Assembly: GCA_026396065.1 (NCBI GenBank)
Contig: JAPLXO010000003.1
Location: 1,304 to 65,303 of the forward strand
Direction of reading: 5' to 3'
DNA from: Candidatus Nomurabacteria bacterium
GTDB lineage: Bacteria > Patescibacteriota > Minisyncoccia > Phycocordibacterales > UBA9973
DNA: 64,000 bases
Each line of letters begins with the position of its first letter. Within the stretch, counting starts at the first letter, position 1. The notes beneath the pieces are model-generated. The model saw nothing but the letters and a program-made list of their open reading frames with translations. It had not been told where the DNA came from and searched no databases. A program made the position numbers and the translations under genes. Below, piece after piece: positions 1 through 8,834 of the stretch.

Positions 1-567
1 CATGAATAATTCCACCGCGGATGCAAAGTCAGCGAGCTGTTTTTTTACGTGTTCTGTATTCTCGGTATCCTCAATGTTCGCAAAGTGCGAATAAATACCA
101 TCAACTTTAATATTGGGCATCTTCGTAAGACGCGCAATGAATTGTGGAATTGAGGAAATTAAAAGACCTTGTCGCCCTAGATTCGCGTCAATCTTAATAT
201 GTATAGGAATTTTTATTTTCTTTTTTTGTCCGATAGCCTGCAGAAGTGCCAGGCGCTCAGTATCACAAATTGTAGGAATTCCTTTTAAGCTAACCAACTC
301 TTCGATGTCGCTTTTTTGAACATAACCAAATACAAGTGTTGGCTTTTTTGAAGCTCTTCTTAATAATCGTAATTCCTCAATATCATCTACCTGGAAATAG
401 TCTGTGTGTGGACTAAGAATTTTTACAACCTCATTCTGCCCGTGTCCGTATGCATTCGCCTTAACAACGCAGGCAATCTTTTTCTTTGGCGCCAGACTTT
501 TAAGCACTTTAAAATTATTTAAAAGTGCCGTTTTTGAGAGCTCAATATATGAGAGAGCTTTTTTCAT
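1..567 (-). CDS. alr: Alanine racemase, 5' part (runs off window start)
   Basis: Manual translation from ATG at 567: MKKALSYIELSKTALLNNFKVLKSLAPKKKIACVVKANAYGHG; VKANAYGHG is the PLP-lysine motif. Not in the ORF track. Confidence 0.9.
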   Translation of the reverse strand, partial: MKKALSYIELSKTALLNNFKVLKSLAPKKKIACVVKANAYGHGQNEVVKILSPHTDYFQVDDIEELRLLRRASKKPTLVFGYVQKSDIEELVSLKGIPTICDTERLALLQAIGQKKKIKIPIHIKIDANLGRQGLLISSIPQFIARLTKMPNIKVDGIYSHFANIEDTENTEHVKKQLADFASAVELFM

Positions 568-762
568 TTATTTAGTATACTCGTGTAATTCATTAATAAT
601 AAAGCCCCGCAAATGCGGAGCTTTATCTATACTAACGATTTCGGAGTTTTGTTTCCTTGCCTGCCTTCTTGGCATGCTTTTTCCTGGCTAGTTTGCGTTT
701 CTTATTCATACGATACGAATAGGATAACACGACTCACCATAATGCGCAAGAATTAGGCTGGA

Positions 763-1323
763 TTACGCTATTGTCGCTATAAGTCTAAGCGCTACATTGA
801 TCTCTTCAATAAACTTGTTCATTGGCTCATCACCCGCTAGCCCAAGTTGCATCCAATGTATGATATCCAAAAACGAGTCGGCTCGATTTTTAGAAAAAGC
901 AGTCATATCTTCATTCGTAAACTCGGAAACTACTTTTTCGCGCTCCGTTGAAAAGGAACAAGCAATATCAACCAGCTGATCACGACCCCACGTACTCTTA
1001 AAGTATTCAGAATTCTTCTCATACTCATCCAGAAGTAGCTCACACGCCCTCTCTACTGACTCATATGCGTCTGACAGGGCTTCTCCGTCAATAACCAAAA
1101 ATGAACCCTCTTTGCACTGTATAATCCGAAGCCAGGTTGATTCACTTTTTATCAATCTTTTAAAAAGCTTCCAGCGATCTTCGGAAATAGCGCTTTTCAC
1201 GCTTTTTACAGCGATTATTTCTGAAATACGAATGCGTGTTTCCACTATCGCATCAATGGGATTCTTACGCTCCTTAAACTCTTCCACGAGTATGCGAATT
1301 ACGTCTGAAGATTTCATCGACAA
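763..1323 (-). CDS. Hypothetical protein
   Basis: 186-aa ORF, AGGAGG upstream of start, no recognisable motif. Confidence 0.6.
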   Translation of the reverse strand: MSMKSSDVIRILVEEFKERKNPIDAIVETRIRISEIIAVKSVKSAISEDRWKLFKRLIKSESTWLRIIQCKEGSFLVIDGEALSDAYESVERACELLLDEYEKNSEYFKSTWGRDQLVDIACSFSTEREKVVSEFTNEDMTAFSKNRADSFLDIIHWMQLGLAGDEPMNKFIEEINVALRLIATIA

Positions 1324-1443
1324 TCCTCCTTTTTATATGTTATGTGCTTTTTTTGTTATCGCATGAAGTTGAAAATAAAACAAGCATAAATCTAAATTTA
1401 TTTTTTATAAAAAGACCCCGAAATATCCGGGGTCTGAGTTGTA

Positions 1444-2073
1444 TTACCTATCCCTATTTGTAACTGAAAATGCGAGTTCCTCAGCGTCTATCACCTTTTC
1501 AACTGCGAGTGCCGCATTCAGATTCTGTCTTCTTCGCTCAACTATATCTCGAACCGCCTTCCCAAGCTCAAACCAGATTCCTTTCGGTTCGCACTTGGTC
1601 ATACTCATGATTGTTGCGAGATCAGTCTCTTCTATTAAAACAATTTCTGCCTTCTCATACTTACGGTGCCCAGAAACCTTTTGCCCAGAAAAATTAACTG
1701 AGATAAGAACCCACTGCCCCGAACGCGTAAGTCCCCATGAACGAACAACACCATCCAGACAGCAGAATCCTCGCGAAGGTTCGCGGAGGCCACTTCCAGG
1801 GAAGTACTCAATTGCAATACTCGGTTGTGGTTGGAAGATTCCCTGCGTCTTCAGCGAAAAATTTCCATCACTTACTATCTTCGGATTATCTGCATCAATT
1901 TCGTGAAAAAAATCAGCGTTGTGCAGACACTTCAGATGTCCGAGTTCTGGAAGTGTGGATGAATCCAAAAAAGACTTAAGTAGTCCAGCACGAGCTTCTA
2001 AAAGCTCAAACCACTCTTCAAACTCTATCTTATCCTTCCGGACAAATGTCCTTAATCCTTGTAGAGAGGGCAT
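1444..2073 (-). CDS. Hypothetical protein
   Basis: 209-aa ORF, AGGAGGAGG upstream, hairpin at 1413-1435 just downstream. Confidence 0.65.
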   Translation of the reverse strand: MPSLQGLRTFVRKDKIEFEEWFELLEARAGLLKSFLDSSTLPELGHLKCLHNADFFHEIDADNPKIVSDGNFSLKTQGIFQPQPSIAIEYFPGSGLREPSRGFCCLDGVVRSWGLTRSGQWVLISVNFSGQKVSGHRKYEKAEIVLIEETDLATIMSMTKCEPKGIWFELGKAVRDIVERRRQNLNAALAVEKVIDAEELAFSVTNRDR

Positions 2074-2146
2074 ACCCTCCTCCTTTCGTTGTTAGAGGCT
2101 CACCTCTTAACGCTATTATTCTTATTCAAAGTATTTGGCATGTCAA

Positions 2147-2177
2147 CAAAAAACAACACCAATAAGGTGCTGTTTTT
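2147..2177 (-). terminator. Intrinsic terminator, probably the original tRNA-Ser terminator displaced by the insertion
   Basis: Minus strand AAAAACAGCACC-TTATT-GGTGTTGTTTTTT, directly outside the left end of the element. Confidence 0.6.
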
Positions 2178-2186
2178 ACTAATGCG

Positions 2187-2393
2187 GTGTTTGTTGGACA
2201 AAGTTCGAATGTTTTTCGAGCAAAATCCAAATGATTAAAAATACTAATGCGGACGAGGCAAGGCGAAACTATTTGTCTGGGGGAATGGATTCGCCTTGCC
2301 TCGGCTGTTTTCCCGCCCGCAGGAGGGGTCTGGGGAGGCATGCGGGCGGGATTTCGGCGGGATTCCTTTTTTCGGAAAAATTCGCACGGGCTT
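2187..2393 (+). repeat. Inverted repeat A, left copy (207 bp)
   Basis: Reverse complement of 4622-4828 with 5 mismatches by manual alignment. Confidence 0.95.
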
Positions 2394-3525
2394 AAATCTG
2401 ATTATCAATTTTGAAGTTCTCTAAAATTGCTTTTGCTACTGCATTTGATAAAAATGTTGGAACAGCATTTCCAATTTGTAAATTTCTATCACCCCTAGAA
2501 CCAAAAAATTGATAATCATCGGGGAAGCACTGAATTCTTGCACCCTCTCTTGTCGTTAGTGGTCTTGGTGCTTTTGGATGAATACAACGAGATGATGACG
2601 GGGTGCTAAGATTTCTCGTTATTGTTGTCGCTGGTCGTTTCCACCAAAGACGACAATATGTATTTTTAAAACCTGAGGTTGGGCGTAATTCCTCTGGCAA
2701 ATCTTCTGGCGTTCCACCATCTGGCAATAACTCCATTATTTTTACCAAATTTTCATTATTGTTTGGCGAATTATGATCCATTAGTTTTGTCGGTGCGTTT
2801 TTACGCATAAACTTTTGAAAATCATTTTGTGGTTTAGAAGAATACTCAAAACTTTCTTCGTTTGATTTGATAAAAGGCAAATCGCTTATTGCTTCCTCAA
2901 GTGTTAAATATGGTTTGAGTTTTTTGTTGAACAAATCTGGTTTTTCCTCTGGATTATAATGGGTTGGTTCTGGGTATTCAAAATCAGTTTTAAGTTTTGA
3001 GCCAATAATCACAACCCTCTCCCTTATTTGCGGTGCGCCATAATCGGCGGCATTCAAAAGTCTATATTGAACTTTATATCCTAAAGATTCAAAAAGTGAA
3101 ATAATCGTTTTTAATAATTCGCCACCTTGCATTGATAAAAGACCTTTAACATTTTCAAAAAGAAAAAGTTTTGGATTGAATTCTTTTAGAACACGATAGT
3201 ATTCTTGAAAAAGTTTGCCTCGTGGGTCATCAATCAATCTTTTTCCAACTGTTGAATACGCCTGACATGGTGGTCCTCCAACAATAATATCAATCTCATT
3301 AGGTTTTATATTTAAATCTTTTTCAATTTTTTCAGCGTTAAAATCCTTAATGTCCTCGGCATATACTTTTGCTGTTGGGTGGTTTAATGAATATGCTTTC
3401 GCCATATTTGGCAAAATTTCATTTGCTGCCACTATTTCAAAATTATCATCGTGGGCGAAACCATAGCTTAAACCACCCACGCCTGAAAATAAATCTATTA
3501 CTTTTAGTTTCTTATTTTTACTCAT
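2392..3525 (-). CDS. DNA (cytosine-5)-methyltransferase
   Basis: Motifs DLFSGVGG, GGPPCQ, ENV, QIRERV, REGARIQCFPD, QIGNAVP. Confidence 0.97.
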   Translation of the reverse strand: MSKNKKLKVIDLFSGVGGLSYGFAHDDNFEIVAANEILPNMAKAYSLNHPTAKVYAEDIKDFNAEKIEKDLNIKPNEIDIIVGGPPCQAYSTVGKRLIDDPRGKLFQEYYRVLKEFNPKLFLFENVKGLLSMQGGELLKTIISLFESLGYKVQYRLLNAADYGAPQIRERVVIIGSKLKTDFEYPEPTHYNPEEKPDLFNKKLKPYLTLEEAISDLPFIKSNEESFEYSSKPQNDFQKFMRKNAPTKLMDHNSPNNNENLVKIMELLPDGGTPEDLPEELRPTSGFKNTYCRLWWKRPATTITRNLSTPSSSRCIHPKAPRPLTTREGARIQCFPDDYQFFGSRGDRNLQIGNAVPTFLSNAVAKAILENFKIDNQI

Positions 3526-3533
3526 AAAATAAT

Positions 3534-4325
3534 CTAATCAAAATTAATTTCCTTATATTTCATCGGACTTTCTGTAATTTTCCAAATAAAATAATTTTGA
3601 TCAATGTTAAAAACTGTTTGACCTTCCATTTGTTGTCTTGTAATCCAATTTACGCTATCGTCTTCTATTTCATCTAATTTAATAAAGGCAACTTGACCAT
3701 TATATAAATCAAAATGAAGTGCCAAGGTATGATAACCCAAATCACGAAAAACTCTTTTCGCTTCTAAAACTTTGTGTTGTTTAATGTCATTGATTCCCGT
3801 AAAACCTGATTGCATTTCAATTCTAACTTTTTCTTTATCATTGAGTTTAATTTCTAAATCAGCTTTTGGTGTTCTCTTAAAAGTTTCAATATTTTTTAAG
3901 TCGTCGTCGCCAATCAAATCTATACTTGAAGTATCAACTTCAAAAACCAAGCCAAGTGCTTTCAAAAAATAATTTGATAAAACATAACCTCTCATCCAAG
4001 AGTAATAAACTTGCTCTGGTCGTCTGCCTTGATTATTTAAAACTGGCAAAATATTGTTCGCTTTCATAATTTCAAAAGTTCTTTCAATATGTTCTTTTTT
4101 GAAAGCAACAATATCGTCAAGTTTTATTTCTTTGGCGACGACATCATTTATTTTATCAATTATGTTATAAAGTCTTTTGTTTAATAACTCAATGTAATTC
4201 AAATCAACCGTCGGGGTAATGTCTTTTGCCCCAAAAAAGTTTTTGACATCTGCTTGGTTTGAAAAACCAAGTTTTTGTCTGTATTGACGAAAATATTCAG
4301 CTGTAATTGTAATTTGTCTAGGCAT
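3534..4325 (-). CDS. Probable type II restriction endonuclease
   Basis: Lies between the HTH controller and the C5 MTase in one operon; PD-(D/E)xK-like segment KADLE...IEMQSG. Confidence 0.7.
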   Translation of the reverse strand: MPRQITITAEYFRQYRQKLGFSNQADVKNFFGAKDITPTVDLNYIELLNKRLYNIIDKINDVVAKEIKLDDIVAFKKEHIERTFEIMKANNILPVLNNQGRRPEQVYYSWMRGYVLSNYFLKALGLVFEVDTSSIDLIGDDDLKNIETFKRTPKADLEIKLNDKEKVRIEMQSGFTGINDIKQHKVLEAKRVFRDLGYHTLALHFDLYNGQVAFIKLDEIEDDSVNWITRQQMEGQTVFNIDQNYFIWKITESPMKYKEINFD

Positions 4326-4329
4326 AATT

Positions 4330-4524
4330 TTATTTTATTAAATCCTCTATTGATACATTTAATGCTTTCGCAATTTTTTTAATTGTATCAATTGTTGGGT
4401 TTTGTTGCTTGCCAGCTTCAATGTTTATTATCGTATTATTGGAAACATCAGCAAGACGAGCCAGCTTTTCTTGCGATAAACCTAATTTTTCCCTTATTCG
4501 TTTAATTTTGCTTGACTCTAACAT
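4330..4524 (-). CDS. XRE-family HTH protein (R-M controller, C protein-like)
   Basis: IKRIREKLGLSQEKLARLADVSNNTIINIEAG...NPTIDTIKKIAKALNVSIEDL; first gene of the R-M operon. Confidence 0.9.
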   Translation of the reverse strand: MLESSKIKRIREKLGLSQEKLARLADVSNNTIINIEAGKQQNPTIDTIKKIAKALNVSIEDLIK

Positions 4525-4533
4525 ATTGAAATA

Positions 4534-4596
4534 GTAATATTATATTGTGGTATAATTATTATATGCTCCAACTAAACAACCACAATATAATATTAC
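4534..4596. promoter_or_regulatory. 18-bp perfect inverted repeat, candidate operator upstream of the C gene
   Basis: GTAATATTATATTGTGGT (4534-4551) / ACCACAATATAATATTAC (4579-4596), 27-bp spacer. Confidence 0.55.
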
Positions 4597-4621
4597 CAAA
4601 ATATTTGTCTTTCGTAAAGGA

Positions 4622-4828
4622 AAGCCCGTGCGAATTTTTCCGAAAAAAGGAATCCCGCCGAAATCCCGCCCGCATTCCTCCCCAGACCCCTCCTGCGGGC
4701 GGGAAAACAGCCGAGGCAGGGCGAATCCAAAACCCCAGACAAATAGTTTCGCCTTGCCTCGTCCGCATTAGTATTTTTAATCATTTGGATTTTGCTCGAA
4801 AAACATTCGAACTTTGTCCAACAAACAC
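4622..4828 (-). repeat. Inverted repeat A, right copy
   Basis: Reverse complement of 2187-2393. Confidence 0.95.
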
Positions 4829-4829
4829 G

Positions 4830-4922
4830 GCCAAAATTGAAAATCGGAATCGGAAGCCGAAATGGGGTCGGCACGAAGTGCCGACACAAATGTATTCCCC
4901 CCAAAAAATCCTGAATCTGAAA
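4830..4922 (+). repeat. Inverted repeat B, left copy (93 bp)
   Basis: Exact reverse complement of 6318-6410. Confidence 0.95.
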
Positions 4923-4966
4923 GGGTTCGCCACGCTCCGCGTGGCTCCTCGTTTGCCAATACAATT

Positions 4967-6421
4967 ATGAATAATCAAACCAAAAAGTTTTTCATTTATA
5001 CTCGCAAGTCTACGGACGACAAAGACAGACAAGTTCGCAGTATTTCTGACCAATTATCGGAATTGAAAAGTTTAGCGTTGAAAGAACAAATTGATGTTGT
5101 TGATGTCTTTGTCGAAAAGCAGACCGCCAAAATACCAGGTCGCCCTGTGTTTAACGAAATGATGTTGAGAATGGAAGCGGGCGAAGCGTCTGGTATTTTG
5201 GCGTGGCATCCCGATAGACTTGCGAGAAATAGTGTTGATGGTGGGAAAATTATTTACCTCGTTGATACTGGCGTAATCGTGGAAATGAAATTCCCAACTT
5301 TTTGGTTTGATCCGACGCCGCAAGGCAAATTCATGCTCTCAATCGCTTTTTCGCAATCCAAGTATTATGTGGACAATTTGAGCGAGAATATCAAGCGAGG
5401 TCATCGCAACAAAGTGAAAGACGGGATATGGCCTCAAATGGCTCCGCTTGGATATGTAAACAAAAACAGAATGATTGTTCCCGATGAAAATATCGCACCA
5501 CTTATCAAGAAAACATTTGAGGCATATTCAACTGGGTCTTTCACTTTGCGACAACTCCGCGACAAATTTAATGAACTTGGATTGAAACGAAAAAGCGGAA
5601 AGGAACTTGCGGTGTCGAATTATCAAAAACTTTTGAAAAATCCGATATACACGGGCTTGATGTTGTATAACGGCGAAATCCACGAAGGTAAGCACGAGCC
5701 GATTATCATAAAGAAACTTTTTGATTCCGTTCAGGAAGTGATGATGAGAAAATCTAAACCTCACTCGAAAGGTCTAAAACCATTTTTGTATAGAGGATTT
5801 TTCCGTTGTGGAGAATGCGGTTGCTTCATTACTACCGAAACACAAAAGGGTCATAACTATTTGCGATGTACCAAACGGAAAAATCCTTGTTCACAAAAAT
5901 ATACGCGTGAGGAAATCATCACTTCCGAAATTCAAAAAGAAATCAAAAAAGTTTCTTTGCCAGACGATTGGGCTAAATGGATGTTGGCGGAAAACGAAAA
6001 AGACAAATTAGTGGAAGCCCAATCGTCTACGCTTTTTGCCGACAAAACAAAAGCCGATATTTCTCTTTTGGATTCTAAAATTGAGAAGCTGATGAACGCA
6101 TATTTAGAAAACGCACTTTCACTAGACGAGTATCGAGATATGAAAAACAAACTTGTGAATGAAAAACAGCTTCTCAAAGAGAAATTATCGGCTTTTGAGC
6201 AAAAAGCGAATAATCGGTTCGAACTTACCGAAAAGTTTTTGAAATACAATATAGAATTGGCAAACGAGGGAATAAATGAAGAGAAACTTCATTTATTCAA
6301 AAAAGTCGGTTCGAACTTTTCAGATTCAGGATTTTTTGGGGGGAATACATTTGTGTCGGCACTTCGTGCCGACCCCATTTCGGCTTCCGATTCCGATTTT
6401 CAATTTTGGCGGAGGCGGTGA
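4967..6421 (+). CDS. Large serine recombinase (resolvase + recombinase + Zn-ribbon + coiled coil)
   Basis: YTRKST catalytic motif, DRLARN, CGECG..C..C zinc ribbon; ATG at 4967 preferred to the track start 4862. Confidence 0.95.
   Translation: MNNQTKKFFIYTRKSTDDKDRQVRSISDQLSELKSLALKEQIDVVDVFVEKQTAKIPGRPVFNEMMLRMEAGEASGILAWHPDRLARNSVDGGKIIYLVDTGVIVEMKFPTFWFDPTPQGKFMLSIAFSQSKYYVDNLSENIKRGHRNKVKDGIWPQMAPLGYVNKNRMIVPDENIAPLIKKTFEAYSTGSFTLRQLRDKFNELGLKRKSGKELAVSNYQKLLKNPIYTGLMLYNGEIHEGKHEPIIIKKLFDSVQEVMMRKSKPHSKGLKPFLYRGFFRCGECGCFITTETQKGHNYLRCTKRKNPCSQKYTREEIITSEIQKEIKKVSLPDDWAKWMLAENEKDKLVEAQSSTLFADKTKADISLLDSKIEKLMNAYLENALSLDEYRDMKNKLVNEKQLLKEKLSAFEQKANNRFELTEKFLKYNIELANEGINEEKLHLFKKVGSNFSDSGFFGGNTFVSALRADPISASDSDFQFWRRR
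6318..6410 (-). repeat. Inverted repeat B, right copy (within the recombinase 3' end)
   Basis: Exact reverse complement of 4830-4922. Confidence 0.95.
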
Positions 6422-6496
6422 GATTCGAACTCACGGACCCCGTAAAGAGTCTCTTGTTTTCAAGACAAGTGCCTTCAACCACTCAGCCACGCCTCC
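6407..6496 (-). tRNA. tRNA-Ser(TGA)
   Basis: GGAGGCG acceptor, CTTGT-CT-TGA-AA-ACAAG anticodon arm, long variable arm, GTTCGAATC, ends GCCA. Confidence 0.95.
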
Positions 6497-6690
6497 TCCG
6501 CATTTCATGCGTCGTCGGCGTGGCTTCGTGTCCTCCGGACACTCCCTATATCTTCGTGATAAATCACATCAGATATTTCTGCTAAAGCAGAAACGGATTA
6601 AACATGAAGCAGTTCATGTTTAATAGCACACGCCTCCATACACTCAATTACATTACCAAAAAATGCATTTTTATGCTAGTCTTTTGGTGT

Positions 6691-7137
6691 ATGAGACTTC
6701 TTGGTATAGATTATGGAATGAAAAGAATAGGAGTGGCTATTTCTGACGAAGGAGGCACTTTGGCATTTCCAAAAGAAATTATTGCCAATGGACAAAAACT
6801 TAACCCACTAAAAAGAATAGGAGAAATAATAAAACAAGAGAAAATTTCTGAAATTGTCGTCGGTGAATCGGTGGATTTTTCTGGTAGTTTAAATATGCTA
6901 ATGGCGCATATTGAGCTTTTTATTGGAGAGCTTGAAAACGAATTTCATTTGCCAGTACACAAACAAAAAGAATTCTTGACATCCGTCGAAGCAAGGCGTT
7001 CCAAAGACGGCAAAAAAGATGCCAGCCCTTCTCAAGCTCGAAGTCGACTCAAAAGTACAAAAGCTGGCAGGGTAGATGCTTCAGCTGCAGCACTTATTTT
7101 ACAAAGATATTTAGACAAGATTAATCAAGCAAAATAA
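6691..7137 (+). CDS. ruvX: Holliday-junction-resolvase-like RuvX/YqgF
   Basis: MRLLGIDYGMKRIGVAISD...EFLTS...VDASAAALILQRYLD. Confidence 0.93.
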   Translation: MRLLGIDYGMKRIGVAISDEGGTLAFPKEIIANGQKLNPLKRIGEIIKQEKISEIVVGESVDFSGSLNMLMAHIELFIGELENEFHLPVHKQKEFLTSVEARRSKDGKKDASPSQARSRLKSTKAGRVDASAAALILQRYLDKINQAK

Positions 7138-7163
7138 TTTTTTAAAACAGGTATAATTTATTT

Positions 7164-8822
7164 ATGGAATCTGAAACAAGAAATTGTAAATATTGTAAAA
7201 CTCAATTTGAAATAACAGAGAGGGAAATGAGTATGTACGAGAAAATCAATCTAATGATTCCTGATATCTGCGTACCATGTCGCTGGAAACAACACATGGC
7301 TTTTTGGCCATTCGGAAAATTCCGAACTGGTGTGAGTGATTTGTCTGGAGAAAGATTGATTACTGTTTTGCCGGCCAATGCACGCTACCCAATTTATACT
7401 TCCAAAGAATGGTGGAGTGACGCTTGGGATGCGATGACCCACGGACAAGATTATGATTCAAGCCGTTCATTTTTTGATCAATTAAAAGAATTACAAGAAA
7501 AAGTTCCTCGTCCACATCAACAAGGTGCACAAAGTTTAAATTGCGATTGGTGTGATGATGCTTGGGAATCTAAAAATTGTTACTTGAGTCGTTCTACATT
7601 AAGAGCTGAAAATCTTTTCTATGGATATCGTTCTATAGATTGTAAAGACTCGATAGATGTTTCTCATGTTTTTACACTTGACCAGTGTTACGACTGCACT
7701 TATTGCTTCACTTCATATAATTTATTTTTTTCAAAAAATTGTCGAGACTGTCTTGATAGCGCTTTTTTATTTGATTGTCGAAATTCAAACCACTGTTTTA
7801 TGTGTTGGAATCTTCGAGGAAAATCATACTGCATAGAAAATGTTCAATATACAAAAGAAGCTTATGAAGAAAAAATGAAAGAAATAAATTTTGGTTCTAA
7901 TATTGAACTTCAAAAATACAAAGATAGATATGAAGAAATTTTAAGAAAAAATGTAGTGCATCGAGAAAATTTTAATATAAAAACTTATGATTCTCTGGGA
8001 ACATATATGACGAATTGCAAAAATTGTGTAAATGTATTTTCTTGGGAAGATTCTGAAAATTGTACCAATTGTTTGCGTGGTTTGAAGTCAAAAGATTCTA
8101 TTGATATGGTTGGTTGTTGGAATATGGAATTATCCGGTAATGATAGTTGTTGTACAAACGCTTATGATTTAAAATATTCTATTTGGTGTGATGGTGCTAG
8201 ATATTCTGAATATTGTGATCAATGCGTTGAAATAGAAAATTGTTTTGGTTGTGTCAGTCTTCGTAAGAAAAAATATTGTATTTTAAATAAACAATATAGT
8301 AAAGAAGAATACGAAGTTTTGAAAGAAAAAATTATTTCAGATATGAAAGAGCGAGGTGAATACGGACAATTTCCTCCGTATTCAATGGGTCTTTGCCCAT
8401 ATAATTTTTCTACTTCAGCAATTTATTCTCCAGACGTTACAAAAGAATACGTAGAGGCGTTGAGAGGATATTGGGAAGATAATAAAGATGAAAAAATAGA
8501 AGGATTAACTACAGAACAAATTCCAGATTCAATTACAGAAGTGGATGAATCATTTTCAAAGCAAGCACTCATTTGTCCTATTACTGGTTGGAGGTACAAC
8601 ATTGCCGAAGGGGAGCTCGCATTCTTGAAAAGAAAAAATATTTCAATCCCTCGTGTACATTTTGATGTGCGAACTAAAAATCGTTTATCTATTCTCAGTC
8701 AAACAAAAAGTGAAGCATATACTTGCACTTATTGTTCAAAAAATATTATTGCTTATTATCCAAAAGATTGGGGTTATGAATATATTGCTTGTGAGCACTG
8801 TTATTTAAAAGAGATTGCTTAG
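7164..8822 (+). CDS. Cysteine-rich CxxC-repeat protein
   Basis: Numerous CxxC / CxxCxxC repeats; CxxC pairs at both termini. Confidence 0.75.
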   Translation: MESETRNCKYCKTQFEITEREMSMYEKINLMIPDICVPCRWKQHMAFWPFGKFRTGVSDLSGERLITVLPANARYPIYTSKEWWSDAWDAMTHGQDYDSSRSFFDQLKELQEKVPRPHQQGAQSLNCDWCDDAWESKNCYLSRSTLRAENLFYGYRSIDCKDSIDVSHVFTLDQCYDCTYCFTSYNLFFSKNCRDCLDSAFLFDCRNSNHCFMCWNLRGKSYCIENVQYTKEAYEEKMKEINFGSNIELQKYKDRYEEILRKNVVHRENFNIKTYDSLGTYMTNCKNCVNVFSWEDSENCTNCLRGLKSKDSIDMVGCWNMELSGNDSCCTNAYDLKYSIWCDGARYSEYCDQCVEIENCFGCVSLRKKKYCILNKQYSKEEYEVLKEKIISDMKERGEYGQFPPYSMGLCPYNFSTSAIYSPDVTKEYVEALRGYWEDNKDEKIEGLTTEQIPDSITEVDESFSKQALICPITGWRYNIAEGELAFLKRKNISIPRVHFDVRTKNRLSILSQTKSEAYTCTYCSKNIIAYYPKDWGYEYIACEHCYLKEIA

Positions 8823-8834
8823 TTATGATATAAT

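Larger units (their letters stand above)
2184..6412. mobile_element. Integrative element (large serine recombinase + type II R-M cassette) at 3' end of tRNA-Ser(TGA)
   Basis: Shared GCGG core at 2184-2187 and 6409-6412. Joining the ends restores a longer recombinase C-terminus, and the same joined sequence occurs internally, inverted, at 4622-4922. Confidence 0.8.

Noticed and set aside
4862-4966. N-terminal extension of the recombinase in the ORF track
   Set aside because: Lies in repeat B; the catalytic domain starts right after ATG 4967.
4545-5053. Overlapping short ORFs (4545-4970, 4559-4768, 4593-4964, 4781-5053) and 2126-2341
   Set aside because: Frames running through the GC-rich inverted repeats; their mutual similarity is explained by the DNA repeat.
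6276-6623. ORFs overlapping tRNA-Ser (also 12419-12628 and the 15588 start)
   Set aside because: They translate tRNA sequence; the tRNA structures are the better explanation.
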